A DNA stretch of 63,309 bases, counting the filler, from Pirum gemmata (Eukaryota): NCBI GenBank assembly GCA_002812295.1. It is 27 parts of 27 records of this genome, joined end to end, with 100 filler letters (N's around TTAATTAATTAA, not from the genome) between each part and the next. Parts side by side here need not be neighbours in the genome. Positions count along the whole stretch, not along the records: positions 27,469 to 29,585 come from PDIN01008508.1; positions 29,686 to 31,783 come from PDIN01008509.1; positions 31,884 to 33,976 come from PDIN01008510.1; positions 34,077 to 36,192 come from PDIN01008511.1; positions 36,293 to 38,389 come from PDIN01008512.1; positions 38,490 to 40,577 come from PDIN01008513.1; positions 40,678 to 42,765 come from PDIN01008514.1; 20 more parts are not named here. The stretch is one strand, 5' to 3'. A program made the translations under genes and the position numbers. Of this stretch, positions 28,018 through 40,809 are shown piece by piece. The first letter of the stretch is position 1. Every line of letters begins with the position of its first letter. The notes under the pieces were generated by a model. The model saw nothing but the letters and a program-made list of their open reading frames with translations, did not search any database and was not told the origin of the DNA.

Positions 28018-29496
28018 CTACTTCATAGGAGCAGGTGGAATTGGGACTTTCATGTCAGAATCAATTCCGCATTTTTCAGGCCAATTTAAGGACAAATATT
28101 TATTGTAATATTCTTTAAACTTATTGTAAGAACAAAACACATCGTCACAAGCGGGTAATATAACCTGTTCTTCATTAACTCTCACTTCTATCTTTTTATC
28201 TTCTTCGCCCTTACATTCATGTACAATAAATTCAATGTTGAATAACATTGGGGACATTAGCTCGTTTCGCCATTTACGATTTTTACAAGTTTCTAAAGCG
28301 TTGTCAGAGAAGAAATCGGGAACTTTCTTATCTTCGTTTATTCCTAAGACTACCATCAGCGGTAAAATAGTTTCACGGTGACCTCCTATTACATTAACTT
28401 TATATTTTGGATCTTCTATGTTAGTTACTACATTTTGTAAAATAATAGCACCCAATTCTTTATTTCCTACCACAGTCTCATTGTGGTAACCCCATAAGTA
28501 ATAATCACTAGCGTCCTCAATTAAATTATACCATGCCACATCCTCCTCATCTAACAACGAACACCATCTTCCGCTAGTACTATTTATTTGTATATCTTCA
28601 GCACAAGCAGTAATAATACTCGGGACCAGAGTACTACTAATAGTGATATTACCTTTTGATTTTTCATTAAATTTTTTCTGTATCTTAGTAGCAATACGAG
28701 TGTATGTTTTGTTATTCAAGTTTTTTAAGTCCTCCATGTATTTTGTTGGAGTTTTGCCAAGTTCTAAAACATCGTCTTCTACATAGCCACGTGCGAATTT
28801 AGAAAACGTAACATATTTTTTACAAATTTTATGAAGGTGAGTAACGTAATCTGCTTTTTCTGGGAATGCTTCTATGTGTAACGGTTGATAACCATTAGTT
28901 AATGTACCAGTTAAAGATTGATATTGTCCACAATATAAATGATGTGCAATTGAATCCAAAGTCATCGCTGCTCTTGACTTATATCCTGTCATTAATTGAA
29001 CATGCTCAGCATTGTACCCATCTTTAAGAATTTTAGAATTTTGTAACTCCTCTCTTAACCTGTTACCTAACCCAGCTGATTCGTACATGCCTCTCTCGAT
29101 TAATAATTTATCATTACCTTCTTCTCCAGGAGAAACATAATCACCAAAAAGTTCTAAATGTTCATCTGAAAAGTTTGCTTTATTTTCTTTAACAAAATTA
29201 AGTACTAATTTAATGTCGTCACTCAAACCATCATATCGGCTTCCATGACGGGAAGCAACAGTCAAATGAGCGGGTTCGCAAGTTTCAGTGTCAAGACTTT
29301 GTCTTTCAGCTAAAGATGGTGGGAAGTAGTTAGTTCTACTGCTTAGTTTTGTTAAATTTTGAAATTGCAAATTAGCTGGTACTTCAATAGTGCAAGCCTT
29401 TTCTATTTTGGATTTTTGATCTGCATTAGGAATAGTGATGGCATCAACAGAGAGAGCTACAGTTGCAACAACGAAGAGGTTTTTAATATAAAACAT
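28018..29496 (-). CDS. Secreted histidine acid phosphatase, MINPP1/phytase-like, intronless
   Basis: N-terminal signal peptide, RHGSRY catalytic motif, GHRETILPL in place of HAET, C-terminal VNE.QV.LPAC...FC. Confidence 0.88.
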   Translation of the reverse strand: MFYIKNLFVVATVALSVDAITIPNADQKSKIEKACTIEVPANLQFQNLTKLSSRTNYFPPSLAERQSLDTETCEPAHLTVASRHGSRYDGLSDDIKLVLNFVKENKANFSDEHLELFGDYVSPGEEGNDKLLIERGMYESAGLGNRLREELQNSKILKDGYNAEHVQLMTGYKSRAAMTLDSIAHHLYCGQYQSLTGTLTNGYQPLHIEAFPEKADYVTHLHKICKKYVTFSKFARGYVEDDVLELGKTPTKYMEDLKNLNNKTYTRIATKIQKKFNEKSKGNITISSTLVPSIITACAEDIQINSTSGRWCSLLDEEDVAWYNLIEDASDYYLWGYHNETVVGNKELGAIILQNVVTNIEDPKYKVNVIGGHRETILPLMVVLGINEDKKVPDFFSDNALETCKNRKWRNELMSPMLFNIEFIVHECKGEEDKKIEVRVNEEQVILPACDDVFCSYNKFKEYYNKYLSLNWPEKCGIDSDMKVPIPPAPMK

Positions 29497-29832
29497 AATT
29501 ATAATTGTTGTTATTATTTTTTTCTAAACTATAAAACTAATGAAAAGTAATTATTGGACGTTAATCTATGGCGAAAAGTAGATAGNNNNNNNNNNNNNNN
29601 NNNNNNNNNNNNNNNNNNNNNNNNNNNNNTTAATTAATTAANNNNNNNNNNNNNNNNNNNNNNNNNNNNNNNNNNNNNNNNNNNNAATTATAATTATTAT
29701 TATTATTATTATATAGTAAATTTCGACGTTTTCTCTTTTTCTTTGCTTTGTGTTTGCTAGTACAGCATTGATTCACTCCCATTGATTCACTTCTTCAAAC
29801 ATTTTTATTATTTATTACTTATTATTATTATT

Positions 29833-31638
29833 ATGGTTCTAAATTCTGGAAGAAGTTCCGTTCTAAATTCTCAAAATTCACCGAATTTTGAAAGAACACA
29901 GCGCCAACAACGTTTAACGCTGGTTCGTGATGCACAAGCTATGACTGATATGAACAACCAAAGAAGAAAGAAAAATAATGATCGGGATATAGAAGTTGAT
30001 GATGATGATGATGATGGTAGCAGTGAGATGGAAGAAGATGATAGTAGTATGTATCGATATGATAATGATAATGATGATGATGATGATGATGAAAATAATT
30101 ATATACAATAGTACTCAGGTGAACAATTACCCATATCAAATAGGTTTGTATTTGGAAATATTGAACATAACCCTAACCCTAACCCTAACCCTAATCCTAA
30201 CACCTAATACTCAATTAGGTATCATATGCGTCGTGGGATGCGATTGGGAAATATTAACCCATATCAAATAGGTTTTGTATTTGGAAATATTGAACATAAA
30301 CCTAACCCTAACCCTAATCCTAACACCTAACACTCCATTAGGTATCTTATGCGTGGGATGCGATTGGGAAATATTGACGGCGGCATTGACCTTAGAGTTG
30401 ATTTTGAACGATGCCACACACAATACTAATAAAGTAGGAGCTAAGTATAGTATGAATGTTGGACAAGACGGGCATAACAACACTGTTGTATGTTTCTTTA
30501 AATTTTGTACCCATTGCGTTTTTGTATACGTTACATTTCTTTATATTTGGTTTCCTAATTTCTAATATTATTTTAAAAATTAATGTTTTAATAGACCATT
30601 TTGCGTTCTTTTTTAAGTTGGGAAACGCGGATTAATTACGATATTTTCTGGATAGTTTGCATGCCACTATTTTATGGCAAAAATGTAGACAGTATCGAAA
30701 TGGTTATTACGGATGGTAATAATGAAGTATGCGAGGCTGTTGCTAGGGCTATTAAAGACAAATTCATAGGCGGGGTAATTATAAGCTGAACTCAATATAC
30801 ATTATTATTATTATTGGAATTTTTTCCAGAGGACCCATACATTGTTGAAATTAAATACCTTAACAATGTTGCATACCTGATTTGTAAATGTTCTAAGTAT
30901 AGGATCGACCTAATACCTTGTAGTCATACACTTTGTGTTAATAATGGCGAAGTGAGTATTACAGACGTACACTTCCGTTATTACAATATCTACTACACTG
31001 GTGTTTGTGATTCTCTCATCAAATACAGATCGAAGCGGGATTTCGGGGTAGGCCCAACTTGTAAGGATCCGGTTCTTGAATGGGCCAAGGAGAATAATAA
31101 AAAAAAGTGCAATAGATTTGAGGACGAAGACCAATTGGATAATGATTCTCATCTAACTGACGAAGAATCTAAGGATAGAGATGAACCAATAATAAACACT
31201 GACGCCGGCGGTTTTGTGGGTGATTTTTCTGACAATGACAATTCTGACAACACAGTGTACAACGAAGACAGCACTGAAGAATTGACAGATTTTTTTATAC
31301 AAGTACTATCTGACCAAATGCGTGGTGATATCGATCTAATGAATACATACAAAAATAATCCAAGAGACGCAACAGATTTTTACAATACTTGTCTGGCAAC
31401 CATTACCAGTAACGTAACAAAATACCAAAATCACACATATTATAGAAATACGTTTTTAAGTGGTTTACGTAACTTCTGTTACAGTTTTGAAGAAATGGCA
31501 AGAAATACGAGTGCTAAAGATCCAGTGGAAGGTACCTATATCGAAGATGCCGTTTTTAAGGATGATGGTACTGAGAATAATAATCGCGTACCACAACTTT
31601 GGGAGCGGTTTCAACGAAGAAAACAAAACCGAAAATGA
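29833..31638 (+). mobile_element. Internally deleted MULE (Mutator-like) transposase with introns and SWIM finger
   Basis: LILNDATHNTNK (first D), VGQDGHNNTV|TILRSFL joined by phase-0 intron 30488-30594, MVITDG (second D), SWIM CKC...PCSH at ~30883-30927; CxxH/E region missing, stop at 30787-30789. Confidence 0.8.
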
Positions 31639-32298
31639 ATTTATTAGTATATCAAACATAATTATTTATTATGATCGATCGGAATAAAAAGTGAAATAGT
31701 TCAAAAAATATTCAGAAAAAAAAGGAAATAGTTTGAAAATTAGTACATCAAACATAATTATTTATAAATAATAAATAATAAATNNNNNNNNNNNNNNNNN
31801 NNNNNNNNNNNNNNNNNNNNNNNNNNNTTAATTAATTAANNNNNNNNNNNNNNNNNNNNNNNNNNNNNNNNNNNNNNNNNNNNTAATTAATATTTATAAA
31901 TAAATAAATAAATAAATAAATAAAGGGATAAGCTGGATCATAATGAGTTCATAAAGTATATATTATACATGGAAAAAAACATATGTCACATGATACCGGT
32001 ACATGAAAACCATTTGTAGCAACCAAGTTACAAAATAAGGCAACAAATATTTATTAATAAGGCAACAAATATTTATTAATAAGGGAATCGAATGAAATGT
32101 TATTTATTAATAGTTCCTAATTATCTAAACGAGGAAACTAGATTGCCAACAAAATAATAAAGATTGCCAAATAAGGCTATCAAAGCAAATATATATTTAT
32201 TGTTATAACTATATTATAATAATAATTATGGATATAATTATTATAATATTATAATTGTTATATATATAATTAAACTTACATGTTATTATAAATAATAT

Positions 32299-32347
<49 letters not shown>

Positions 32348-32861
32348 TTGATTATGTATATAAACTTATATAGTATAGTCTAGTCTACACAGCCTAATAG
32401 CGCAACATCCTCGCACTGTTTTCGTACCAAAGACTAGACTAACCACAAATTACTTCACATTTGACAATATAATATATAGCTTTCAATGTTTTTCAATATG
32501 ATACCCTAAACATATTATTATACTTTATTATCATAGCAGTTTGTGTTAACTAAGCAACTACATGTAATTAATGATTCCATCATCAATACCCTAACACCTA
32601 TCAGGAGTTACATGATATATGATAGCTATATATTTCATAATTTTCATCAGAGTTTTAATAGTGTGGTTTAATTAATAGAATATGATACAATATCTGATAT
32701 AATTACGATATTAATAGGATATTAATAATATATAACAGTCCTTTACGATCAATGTGGAATATAAAACAATAAAATAGATAATCTTATATAATTTATATAA
32801 TAATTATTATAATGTAATGATAATAGCATAAAAGCTCTCAAACATATCCTATTAAAATTAA

Positions 32862-32970
32862 ACCCCAACCCTAACAGCACTCTAACCCTAACCCTAACCC
32901 TAACCCTAACCCTATTAAACCCTAACCCTAACCCTAACCCTAACCCTGACCCTAATCCTAACCCAACCCA
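32862..32970 (-). repeat. Interstitial (CCCTAA)n array
   Basis: Direct observation. Confidence 0.9.
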
Positions 32971-34172
32971 TTAGAGTCTATAGACTATAATAATATAGCT
33001 ATGATCAGCTGGCTATGATTGATAAAATGATAGACTAATAGCTGCTAAAAACTTTTTGTATCATAAGATTAAAAATCACACCTAAAAACCACACCTATTG
33101 GACTGATTTACTCGGAAATTGGTCCCTTCCCTTGACTTTTTAGTCTTTTTTCAAGTTCTTTTTAGGTTCCTTTCTTTACCCACAAGTTTCCACGATTGGG
33201 GGTCACGAACTGACGGTGAACTGAGTTCAACTGACTGCTGCTGTGTGACCTGTGCCAGCCTGTGTTTAATGTAACCTATGTGACCCACACAGCCCACACG
33301 GCCAAGCGTGGCACAAGGTCCCACCCACATGCCAAAATAGAAATAATCTTTTATTTTTTTAAAAAAAAAAAAATAACTAATAGAATTAAAAAGAAATATA
33401 AGAGATTCTTTCTATACTCTTTATTTTCCAATCGAATCTGTAATATAATTCTGTGTTCTATATAAGAAAAATAAAAATAAAAAAAATAAACCCATTTGTC
33501 AAGACTCAAGATTGGTCAATTTATATTATACATTCTTGTGTAAAATTTTCATTTCGTAAAATTTGTAAAATATTTTAAAAAATATTTTTTTAATTTTTTT
33601 TAAAAAATGTTATAATTATTATATAAATTAATAAATTTACAAAGATTATCAAAATCTAACATAAATTATGTGCATAACTTATTTATAATACCCAAGAGTA
33701 TACAGTCCAGTGTACCCAAAAGTTATTAAACCTGTATTATAAATAAATACTCTTCACTCTTATGTCTATTTAACTCTTATTATCGATACCAGATATATAT
33801 TCGGTAATAACAATAATAATAATATTATAATAATGTAACAATAATTAAAAAAGAAAATAACTCGGTAACTTTATCACACTTTTATCACTCTTTCTATCAG
33901 TCTCTAAGACTCTCTATCTTTGTCAATAGATTTTTTAAATAAATAAATAAATAAAAAAAAAAAAAAAAAAAAAAAANNNNNNNNNNNNNNNNNNNNNNNN
34001 NNNNNNNNNNNNNNNNNNNNTTAATTAATTAANNNNNNNNNNNNNNNNNNNNNNNNNNNNNNNNNNNNNNNNNNNNTATATTATATATTATTGTTTATCT
34101 AGATCTATTTATCACAATTTTTGAAATATAACATAATATTATAAATTTTAATTAAAAATATTAAAAATATTC

Positions 34173-35801
34173 TTAAGCATTTTCTAAGGATTTACTTGTT
34201 TTTTTCTTTCTACTAAAGTAATTAGGTGCCAAAACATGACCGTTTTCGAACCAAGAATCAATTTGTTTGCGAGTCATACCATCCGTTTCAATTAAAAAAA
34301 ACAAAAAGATTAGAAAAGAAATTAAACAAGCACCACCAAAAATAATAAAGGAATAACCTCCAATCGCATTATTCATAGGTGGAAATATTTGTCCTATAAG
34401 AAAAGTACATAACCAATTGGTTGCTACAGCCAAACCAAGAGAAACAGAACGAACCTTATTTGGAATTAAATCTGAAGTTATCAACCATGGAACTGGTCCC
34501 GGTCCAATCGCGAAACAGCAAATGTACAATAAAATAAAAGCAATACCCGCTTGTGCTAGCCCTAGGCCACCGTTAGGGTAAAGGGTAGTGATGGCAAACA
34601 AGATATGAAAAAGAGCCATTCCTCCAAAGCCTAATAATAAAGAACCTTTACGGCCAGCTTTTGCAATTACCCAAAATCCGAAAAACCCAGCAAGACAATT
34701 AACCCCCATAGTTAAAACAGTAGTAGCTTCAGCTGTCATTCCTGTATTAGCGGTGGCAAAAATAGAGGTTGAATAAAATATAATAGCGTTAATGCCACTA
34801 AATTGTTGCGCAGCTTGTTGATAGATGGCCATTATAAATGGCACAAACAAGGATTTGTTGGTGAAAATTAATTTCAAAGCTTGTAACATAGGTAAATCAT
34901 CCGCGGCATTACTTGCAGCTGTATCAATCTCATCTTTCATCATTTTAACTTCTGCCTGTATTTTTTCCTCTACATCGTTTCGCAATGAGCGTAGAACTGC
35001 TTCACCTTCTTCATATTTACCTCGTTTATACAAGAAAAACGGAGATTCCGGTGCAAACCAAATTAAACAGAAATGAATTAAAGTAGGAACAAGAGGGGCA
35101 CCCCAAACCAATCGCCATAATTCCAAAGTACCGAAAACTTCTTCCATTCCCAAAATACTGGCTACTAAAATACCAAGTGTGACAGCTTGTTGATGTCCTA
35201 CACCCAAAACACCTCTCCATTGAATCGGTGTAATTTCAGCAATGTATTGCGGTACACAAGCACAAGTAATACCTAAACCTACCCCCAACAAAAACCTTCC
35301 CACTAACAACATGGCGTAATTTTGAGCACCAGCTAAAAGAGAAACACTGACCATATAACCCAAATCATTAACAATAGATGCTTTTTTAGGACCGAAAAAA
35401 TCAACTATTTTTCCACCAAATACCCCACCTAAAATACCCCCTAACGGCAAAATACTAGTAACCCAAGTAAATTGATCATCCGTCAAATTAAAATATTCTA
35501 TTATTACATTTCGAGTGTTATTACCGGCAGCTAAACCCAAACCAAAGTTTAAAGATTGTATAACCATAATGAAATAAGCAAACCATAGTTTTCGGGAGGT
35601 AGTTACGTTGGCACCTAACATAGAACTGGTAGAGGTTTTGTTGGATAAATCAGAGTCGGTCACCGACAATGGAAACTCGTTTAACTCAATTTCTTGCCCA
35701 TTCTTTCCTTCTTTTTTGGTTATTATAGGAGAGTCTCCATCATTCAGTATTAAACTTGAATCAAAACTTTCATTTCGATTTTGCTTTTCATCGTTGGACA
35801 T
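34173..35801 (-). CDS. MFS sugar porter (GLUT/SLC2-like), intronless
   Basis: Multiple TM segments with GRFLLG, YIAEITP..WRG, PESP, QQFSGINAIIFYS, GRK, GPGPVPW, NW and ET motifs. Confidence 0.95.
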   Translation of the reverse strand: MSNDEKQNRNESFDSSLILNDGDSPIITKKEGKNGQEIELNEFPLSVTDSDLSNKTSTSSMLGANVTTSRKLWFAYFIMVIQSLNFGLGLAAGNNTRNVIIEYFNLTDDQFTWVTSILPLGGILGGVFGGKIVDFFGPKKASIVNDLGYMVSVSLLAGAQNYAMLLVGRFLLGVGLGITCACVPQYIAEITPIQWRGVLGVGHQQAVTLGILVASILGMEEVFGTLELWRLVWGAPLVPTLIHFCLIWFAPESPFFLYKRGKYEEGEAVLRSLRNDVEEKIQAEVKMMKDEIDTAASNAADDLPMLQALKLIFTNKSLFVPFIMAIYQQAAQQFSGINAIIFYSTSIFATANTGMTAEATTVLTMGVNCLAGFFGFWVIAKAGRKGSLLLGFGGMALFHILFAITTLYPNGGLGLAQAGIAFILLYICCFAIGPGPVPWLITSDLIPNKVRSVSLGLAVATNWLCTFLIGQIFPPMNNAIGGYSFIIFGGACLISFLIFLFFLIETDGMTRKQIDSWFENGHVLAPNYFSRKKKTSKSLENA

Positions 35802-36933
35802 TTTTTAAATATTTTTTTAATGAATATATTATTAATATTATTAAAATTATTATAAAATATTATATTAATTTTTTTAACAATTATTAATGTATTGGTTTGT
35901 ATTTTTTTTTAGGGTTCTGTTTTTATTTATACTAAAATAATATAGACTATAGCTATAATAATATCATAATAATAATAATTTATAATAGGCTAGTCTATAT
36001 AATCGTGTTTTAGTGTTGTACAGTTCAAAAGCTGAATTAAACGTATTAATACCAAATTATTATTATTATCAGACATGTTTTAATTAATTTGGTATTTTAT
36101 ACAATTTTTCATTTTAAAAACCTATCATATTTTTTTAAAAAAAATAAATAAATAATGATAAAAAAAAGCACAAAAAAAAAAAAAAAAAAAAANNNNNNNN
36201 NNNNNNNNNNNNNNNNNNNNNNNNNNNNNNNNNNNNTTAATTAATTAANNNNNNNNNNNNNNNNNNNNNNNNNNNNNNNNNNNNNNNNNNNNTATTATGG
36301 CTAAACTATCAGGCATGTTTTAATTAATTTGGTATTTTATACATAATATTTTATTTTATAAATAAGTTCAATTATACACTTAAACAGTACCAAATTCAGT
36401 CTATAGTCTAATAATAATTATTTGTATGTTTATGTTAGTCTTTGAACTGGGCAACACTATATATAATTTTATTTATATAAAATAAAATATGAAATATATA
36501 AATAAATATAAAACTTTCTAACTATGTAGTAAATTATATTAATAATTAATTGAAGGAAAAATAAACATACATTTTAAATAATAATAAAAATAATTAATTG
36601 AAGGAAAAATAAACATACATTTAAATAATAAAAATTATTAATTGTGATATTATAATATTTATATAGAAGGTAACACTGTAGTTGTGGTTGCTACTGAGGT
36701 TAAACGATTTGCATTATCTCAACACATGAGATGCACTATTTTTGTATATTCTTAGACACACTCAAACTGTCAAAAAATAGTACTATTACAAAGAATGGTA
36801 TGGTAATTAATAGATCACCAAGTATTGACAATATCACAACACCTATATTAATCAAAATATAACTATACAACTACTGCTATTTTTAAAAGCAAAGTTTGGT
36901 TTCGTAATCCAAAAAAATAAATTAAACACTAAA

Positions 36934-37650
36934 ATGAAGATGTCGATAACTAAGTTTTTCTCAAATGAGAAATTATTAAATATTTTCTGTAAATATGTTG
37001 ACAAATCTTGCTTATTTAAATTGCATGAAGTGTTTAGACATACTAAGTTACGTGATATTTTTATAGATGAAATCAAAACGCAGTATACATTTGACGATTT
37101 GTGTACAAAATGGCCATTTCTGAAAGAATTATCCAATAAATCATTACACCATTTAAATATTGTTGGATCAACATGTTTATCTATGTTTCTTAGAGAATGG
37201 TACGAAAATCAAGATTTGGATATGATTTGTGCGTGTAACCAAACTCATATATCAGATGACAACACATTTCCGCTTGTGCGTGTTTGTCAAACAATTGTTG
37301 AATTTCAAAAATTGTTAGGTAATTGTATTATTACTGACGATTACACTAGTATTAATCCTGATCTTGCAGTAGCATCATTTACATACAATGGTAAGAAAAT
37401 AGATCTTATTCATTCTAGAATCAATGTCAGACGAACTGTTTCTGGATATTATAATACTACAGTCATGTGTTATTATTCTTGGTGTGAAGGTAAAATATAT
37501 CATCTTTTTCCAAAGATGACATATCAAAAACAAATGATATGTGATTATTCAGGAAAAGAAGGTAAATATATTGCAAGAGGATTTTCTGTTGTGGATAAAA
37601 TGGAAATACGTACTGGACCAGAGTTTTACATGAAACATGTATCACGATAA
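36934..37650 (+). CDS. Nucleotidyltransferase-fold-like protein of probable viral/mobile origin (possible frameshifted extension to 37844)
   Basis: IVGS...W...DLD, KIDLI, T.VM, IYHLFP..T, KY..RGF motif order; intronless. Confidence 0.5.
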   Translation: MKMSITKFFSNEKLLNIFCKYVDKSCLFKLHEVFRHTKLRDIFIDEIKTQYTFDDLCTKWPFLKELSNKSLHHLNIVGSTCLSMFLREWYENQDLDMICACNQTHISDDNTFPLVRVCQTIVEFQKLLGNCIITDDYTSINPDLAVASFTYNGKKIDLIHSRINVRRTVSGYYNTTVMCYYSWCEGKIYHLFPKMTYQKQMICDYSGKEGKYIARGFSVVDKMEIRTGPEFYMKHVSR

Positions 37651-38490
37651 ATTATTTCACTACATTTTCACATCTAAACTTGGTAGGAGTAAACGTTATA
37701 GTTGAAAGTATGGAAGATGTTGATCTACTTAAAGAATATTCAAAATGTAATATTTATACTGATAGCAAACAACGTTACTATAGGGATACTTCGTTATCAA
37801 TTAATAAAATATTCAATTATATGGATGGGTGGAGTATGGATTGACTATGGATTGCTTCCAATAATATCAGGTCAAGTATTTGTCTCGATTTCATCTTTCT
37901 ATCTTTTATTTGGTACCGTTAAATTGTATAATTGAACTTTTTTAAAAATATAAAATTACTATAAAAAGTATCAAATTAATTAAAACATGATCAATTAATT
38001 ATAATTTGGTAAGCTTATTTCAGTTTGTGTACCGATTGAAAAAATTAATTTTTGGTACTAGACCAGCTAGACTAGCTAGATCGCCCAGGCTAGAAAAAAA
38101 TGGATTAGACTTTTTGTCACTCTGAATATTTATTTGGCTGTTTTTAAGATTTAAATTGATGTTTTTAAATTATTAATTAAATTATAAAATATACCAAATT
38201 CAATAAAATGGATTTTTATTATATTACGTTGGTACCCTTTATTGTATATTTATGAACAGCTATGTAGACTCTAAATGATATTATTATTGTTAGTAGTCTA
38301 GTCTATTATTAGAATCTATTGTTTTTTAAAAATAATAATTAATATTATTACTATTATTATTATACAAAATTAGTATTATTATTATTATTNNNNNNNNNNN
38401 NNNNNNNNNNNNNNNNNNNNNNNNNNNNNNNNNTTAATTAATTAANNNNNNNNNNNNNNNNNNNNNNNNNNNNNNNNNNNNNNNNNNNNG

Positions 38491-38521
<31 letters not shown>

Positions 38522-38769
38522 AAGTATAAAGGGAAACCGGACGATATCTAATTAAGAATTTTCGAAAACAGGATTAATTGTGGGTAAGCTTTCGTATTTT
38601 TTTTCATTTCAGTTATTTGGTTATTTAGTTATTTGTTTTTTAGTTTATTTATTTGTGTAGTTGTTTTATTTTTTTATTTGTTTTATTTGTTTGTTTGTTT
38701 GTTTGTTTTATTTATTTATTTGTATGTTACTTACAGCTTAACGAATTATTAATAAAAAACCTCTTTTTA

Positions 38770-39110
38770 TACAATTTGGTAGTTTGTACATATTTTATGT
38801 AATAATCTTATCAAACCAGTTAGTAAATTTAACTTGCAAATAAATAAAATTCGCACTTTTTAAACAATGTAGTAGTTTGTACGTATTTTATATAATAATC
38901 TTGTCAAACCAATTAGTAATTTGAACTTACAAATATATAAAATTCGCAATAAGTGAATTACAATTTACAACATAACAAATTATTAATAAAATACCACTTT
39001 TTAAACTATTTGGTAGTTTGTACATATTTTATGTAATAATCTTATCAAACCAATTAATAATTTTAACTTACCAAATATATAAAATTCGCAATAAGTGAAT
39101 TACAATAATT
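38770..39110. repeat. Three imperfect tandem copies of a ~100-140-bp unit
   Basis: GTAGTTTGTAC...TAATCTT.TCAAACCA.TTA...AAAATTCGCA three times. Confidence 0.85.
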
Positions 39111-39121
39111 GTAATATAATA

Positions 39122-39304
39122 TCGTGCATTTCATTTATTTGGTCACTCTGAATATTTATTTGGAGGGTTATAATCTTAAAATTGACATTTCTAAATCAAT
39201 ATATAGATAATAAAATATACCAATTTAAATTAAATGGATGTATATTGTATTAATTTGGTGCTATTTATTTTATATTTTATGACGACAAAATAACTGAAAA
39301 AGCA
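39122..39304 (+). mobile_element. MITE family B copy
   Basis: TA|TCGTGCATTTCA...ACTGAAAAAGCA, collinear with 11578-11762. Confidence 0.85.
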
Positions 39305-39358
39305 AAAGATACAAAAAAAGACAAAAAAGACCAAGCTCCCAAACTCTCAATTGTCCCG

Positions 39359-39648
39359 ACTTCTCCGAATTCTGCCCCTAAAACTCGACTTTCTGCTTCT
39401 GCCTTCTGCCCCGAAAAGCTCGATTTCTGCCGAGCAGAATTTCTGGTCTGTTTGATCTTTTGGAAATTAATTTTTTCGAGTTTATTAATAAATACATAGG
39501 TTTGAAAATTTCGAGTTTATATTTCATAGTGGTGTCGTAGAATCAATCTCCNTCAAAAATTAATTTTTGATCGAGTTAGAGAGGAAAAACACCATTTTGT
39601 CATTTCTCGAAAAAGGCCAAATTCTGCCCGGGCAGAATTCGGAGAAGT
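39359..39648. mobile_element. MITE family F-related element
   Basis: Perfect 19-bp TIR ACTTCTCCGAATTCTGCCC / GGGCAGAATTCGGAGAAGT. Confidence 0.8.
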
Positions 39649-40809
39649 TTTTTGTTATGCTATATATGGTATATTTTTTTTTACCCAAGTCTTTTCTTGC
39701 CTAACCTGAACCATTGAAAAACGTCCATCTTTTTGTCTAACCAGAATTTCGGGAGTTCGAACAATAATATGTATTATTAATAGGTACTTAATAGGTTTGA
39801 ATTTTTCGAATATATATAAAAAAAGGTGGGAGACTTAGTAAAAAAAGTTAGATGTTTTTTAAAATTTTTTTACACAGTTGTTTGAAATACCATATTAGGT
39901 AACTATAGTTTTTTCCAAAAAAAGAAATATTGTTTTAAGTAAGATTTGTAATTGGTTATTTTTTAATTATAGTTTACACAGATTTTAATTTTTCTATTAA
40001 AAAAAATTAAAAATTTAAAATATTTTAAAAAAAAAATTAATTATAAAACAATATAAAATTGTTGTTAGTAATAATGTTATTGTTTTTAAAATAGGGGAGT
40101 TGGGGTTTTAGGATTCAGGAGTGGGTTAGGGTTAATTAATAAATAGTTTACATATATAAAATAATTATATATAAAATTGTTGTTAGTAATAATGTTGTTG
40201 TTTTAATAGGGGAGTTGGGGTTATTACTGTTAGTGGTTTTAGGATTCAGGAGTTGGTTAGGGTTAATTTATAAGGGTTGGTAAGGGTTCGGGTTTGGGTT
40301 TGGGTTCGGGTTAGGTTTGAGTTGGAATTAAGTTATAATTAGCTATAGGCCTAAAGCTAGCTATGTACTATAGGGTAATAGTTGGGTAATGTTATAATTA
40401 TAACGTTAACGTATGGATTGGGATGAGGGTTGACCCTACCCCCAACCTTCAAGTGAACGTTGTGATTTTAAAGTTAATTAATCAAAGCACTAAAATATAT
40501 AATATTCCCAACCCATAATTTTTGAAGGATTACACTAGCTATAGTGGGTATTATTATTATTATTATTATTATTATTANNNNNNNNNNNNNNNNNNNNNNN
40601 NNNNNNNNNNNNNNNNNNNNNTTAATTAATTAANNNNNNNNNNNNNNNNNNNNNNNNNNNNNNNNNNNNNNNNNNNNTTTATTTATTTTATTTATTTTAT
40701 TTATTCATTCTTTTTATTTTATTAATGGTTTATTTTATTTATTTTATTTATTTTATTTATTTTATTTATTTTATTTGTTTTATTAAAATCTATTTTATTT
40801 ATTTTATTT

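Noticed and set aside
27469..37650. Operon-like cluster of RT, phosphatase, transposase, transporter and NTase
   Set aside because: Mostly on different contigs separated by artificial spacers
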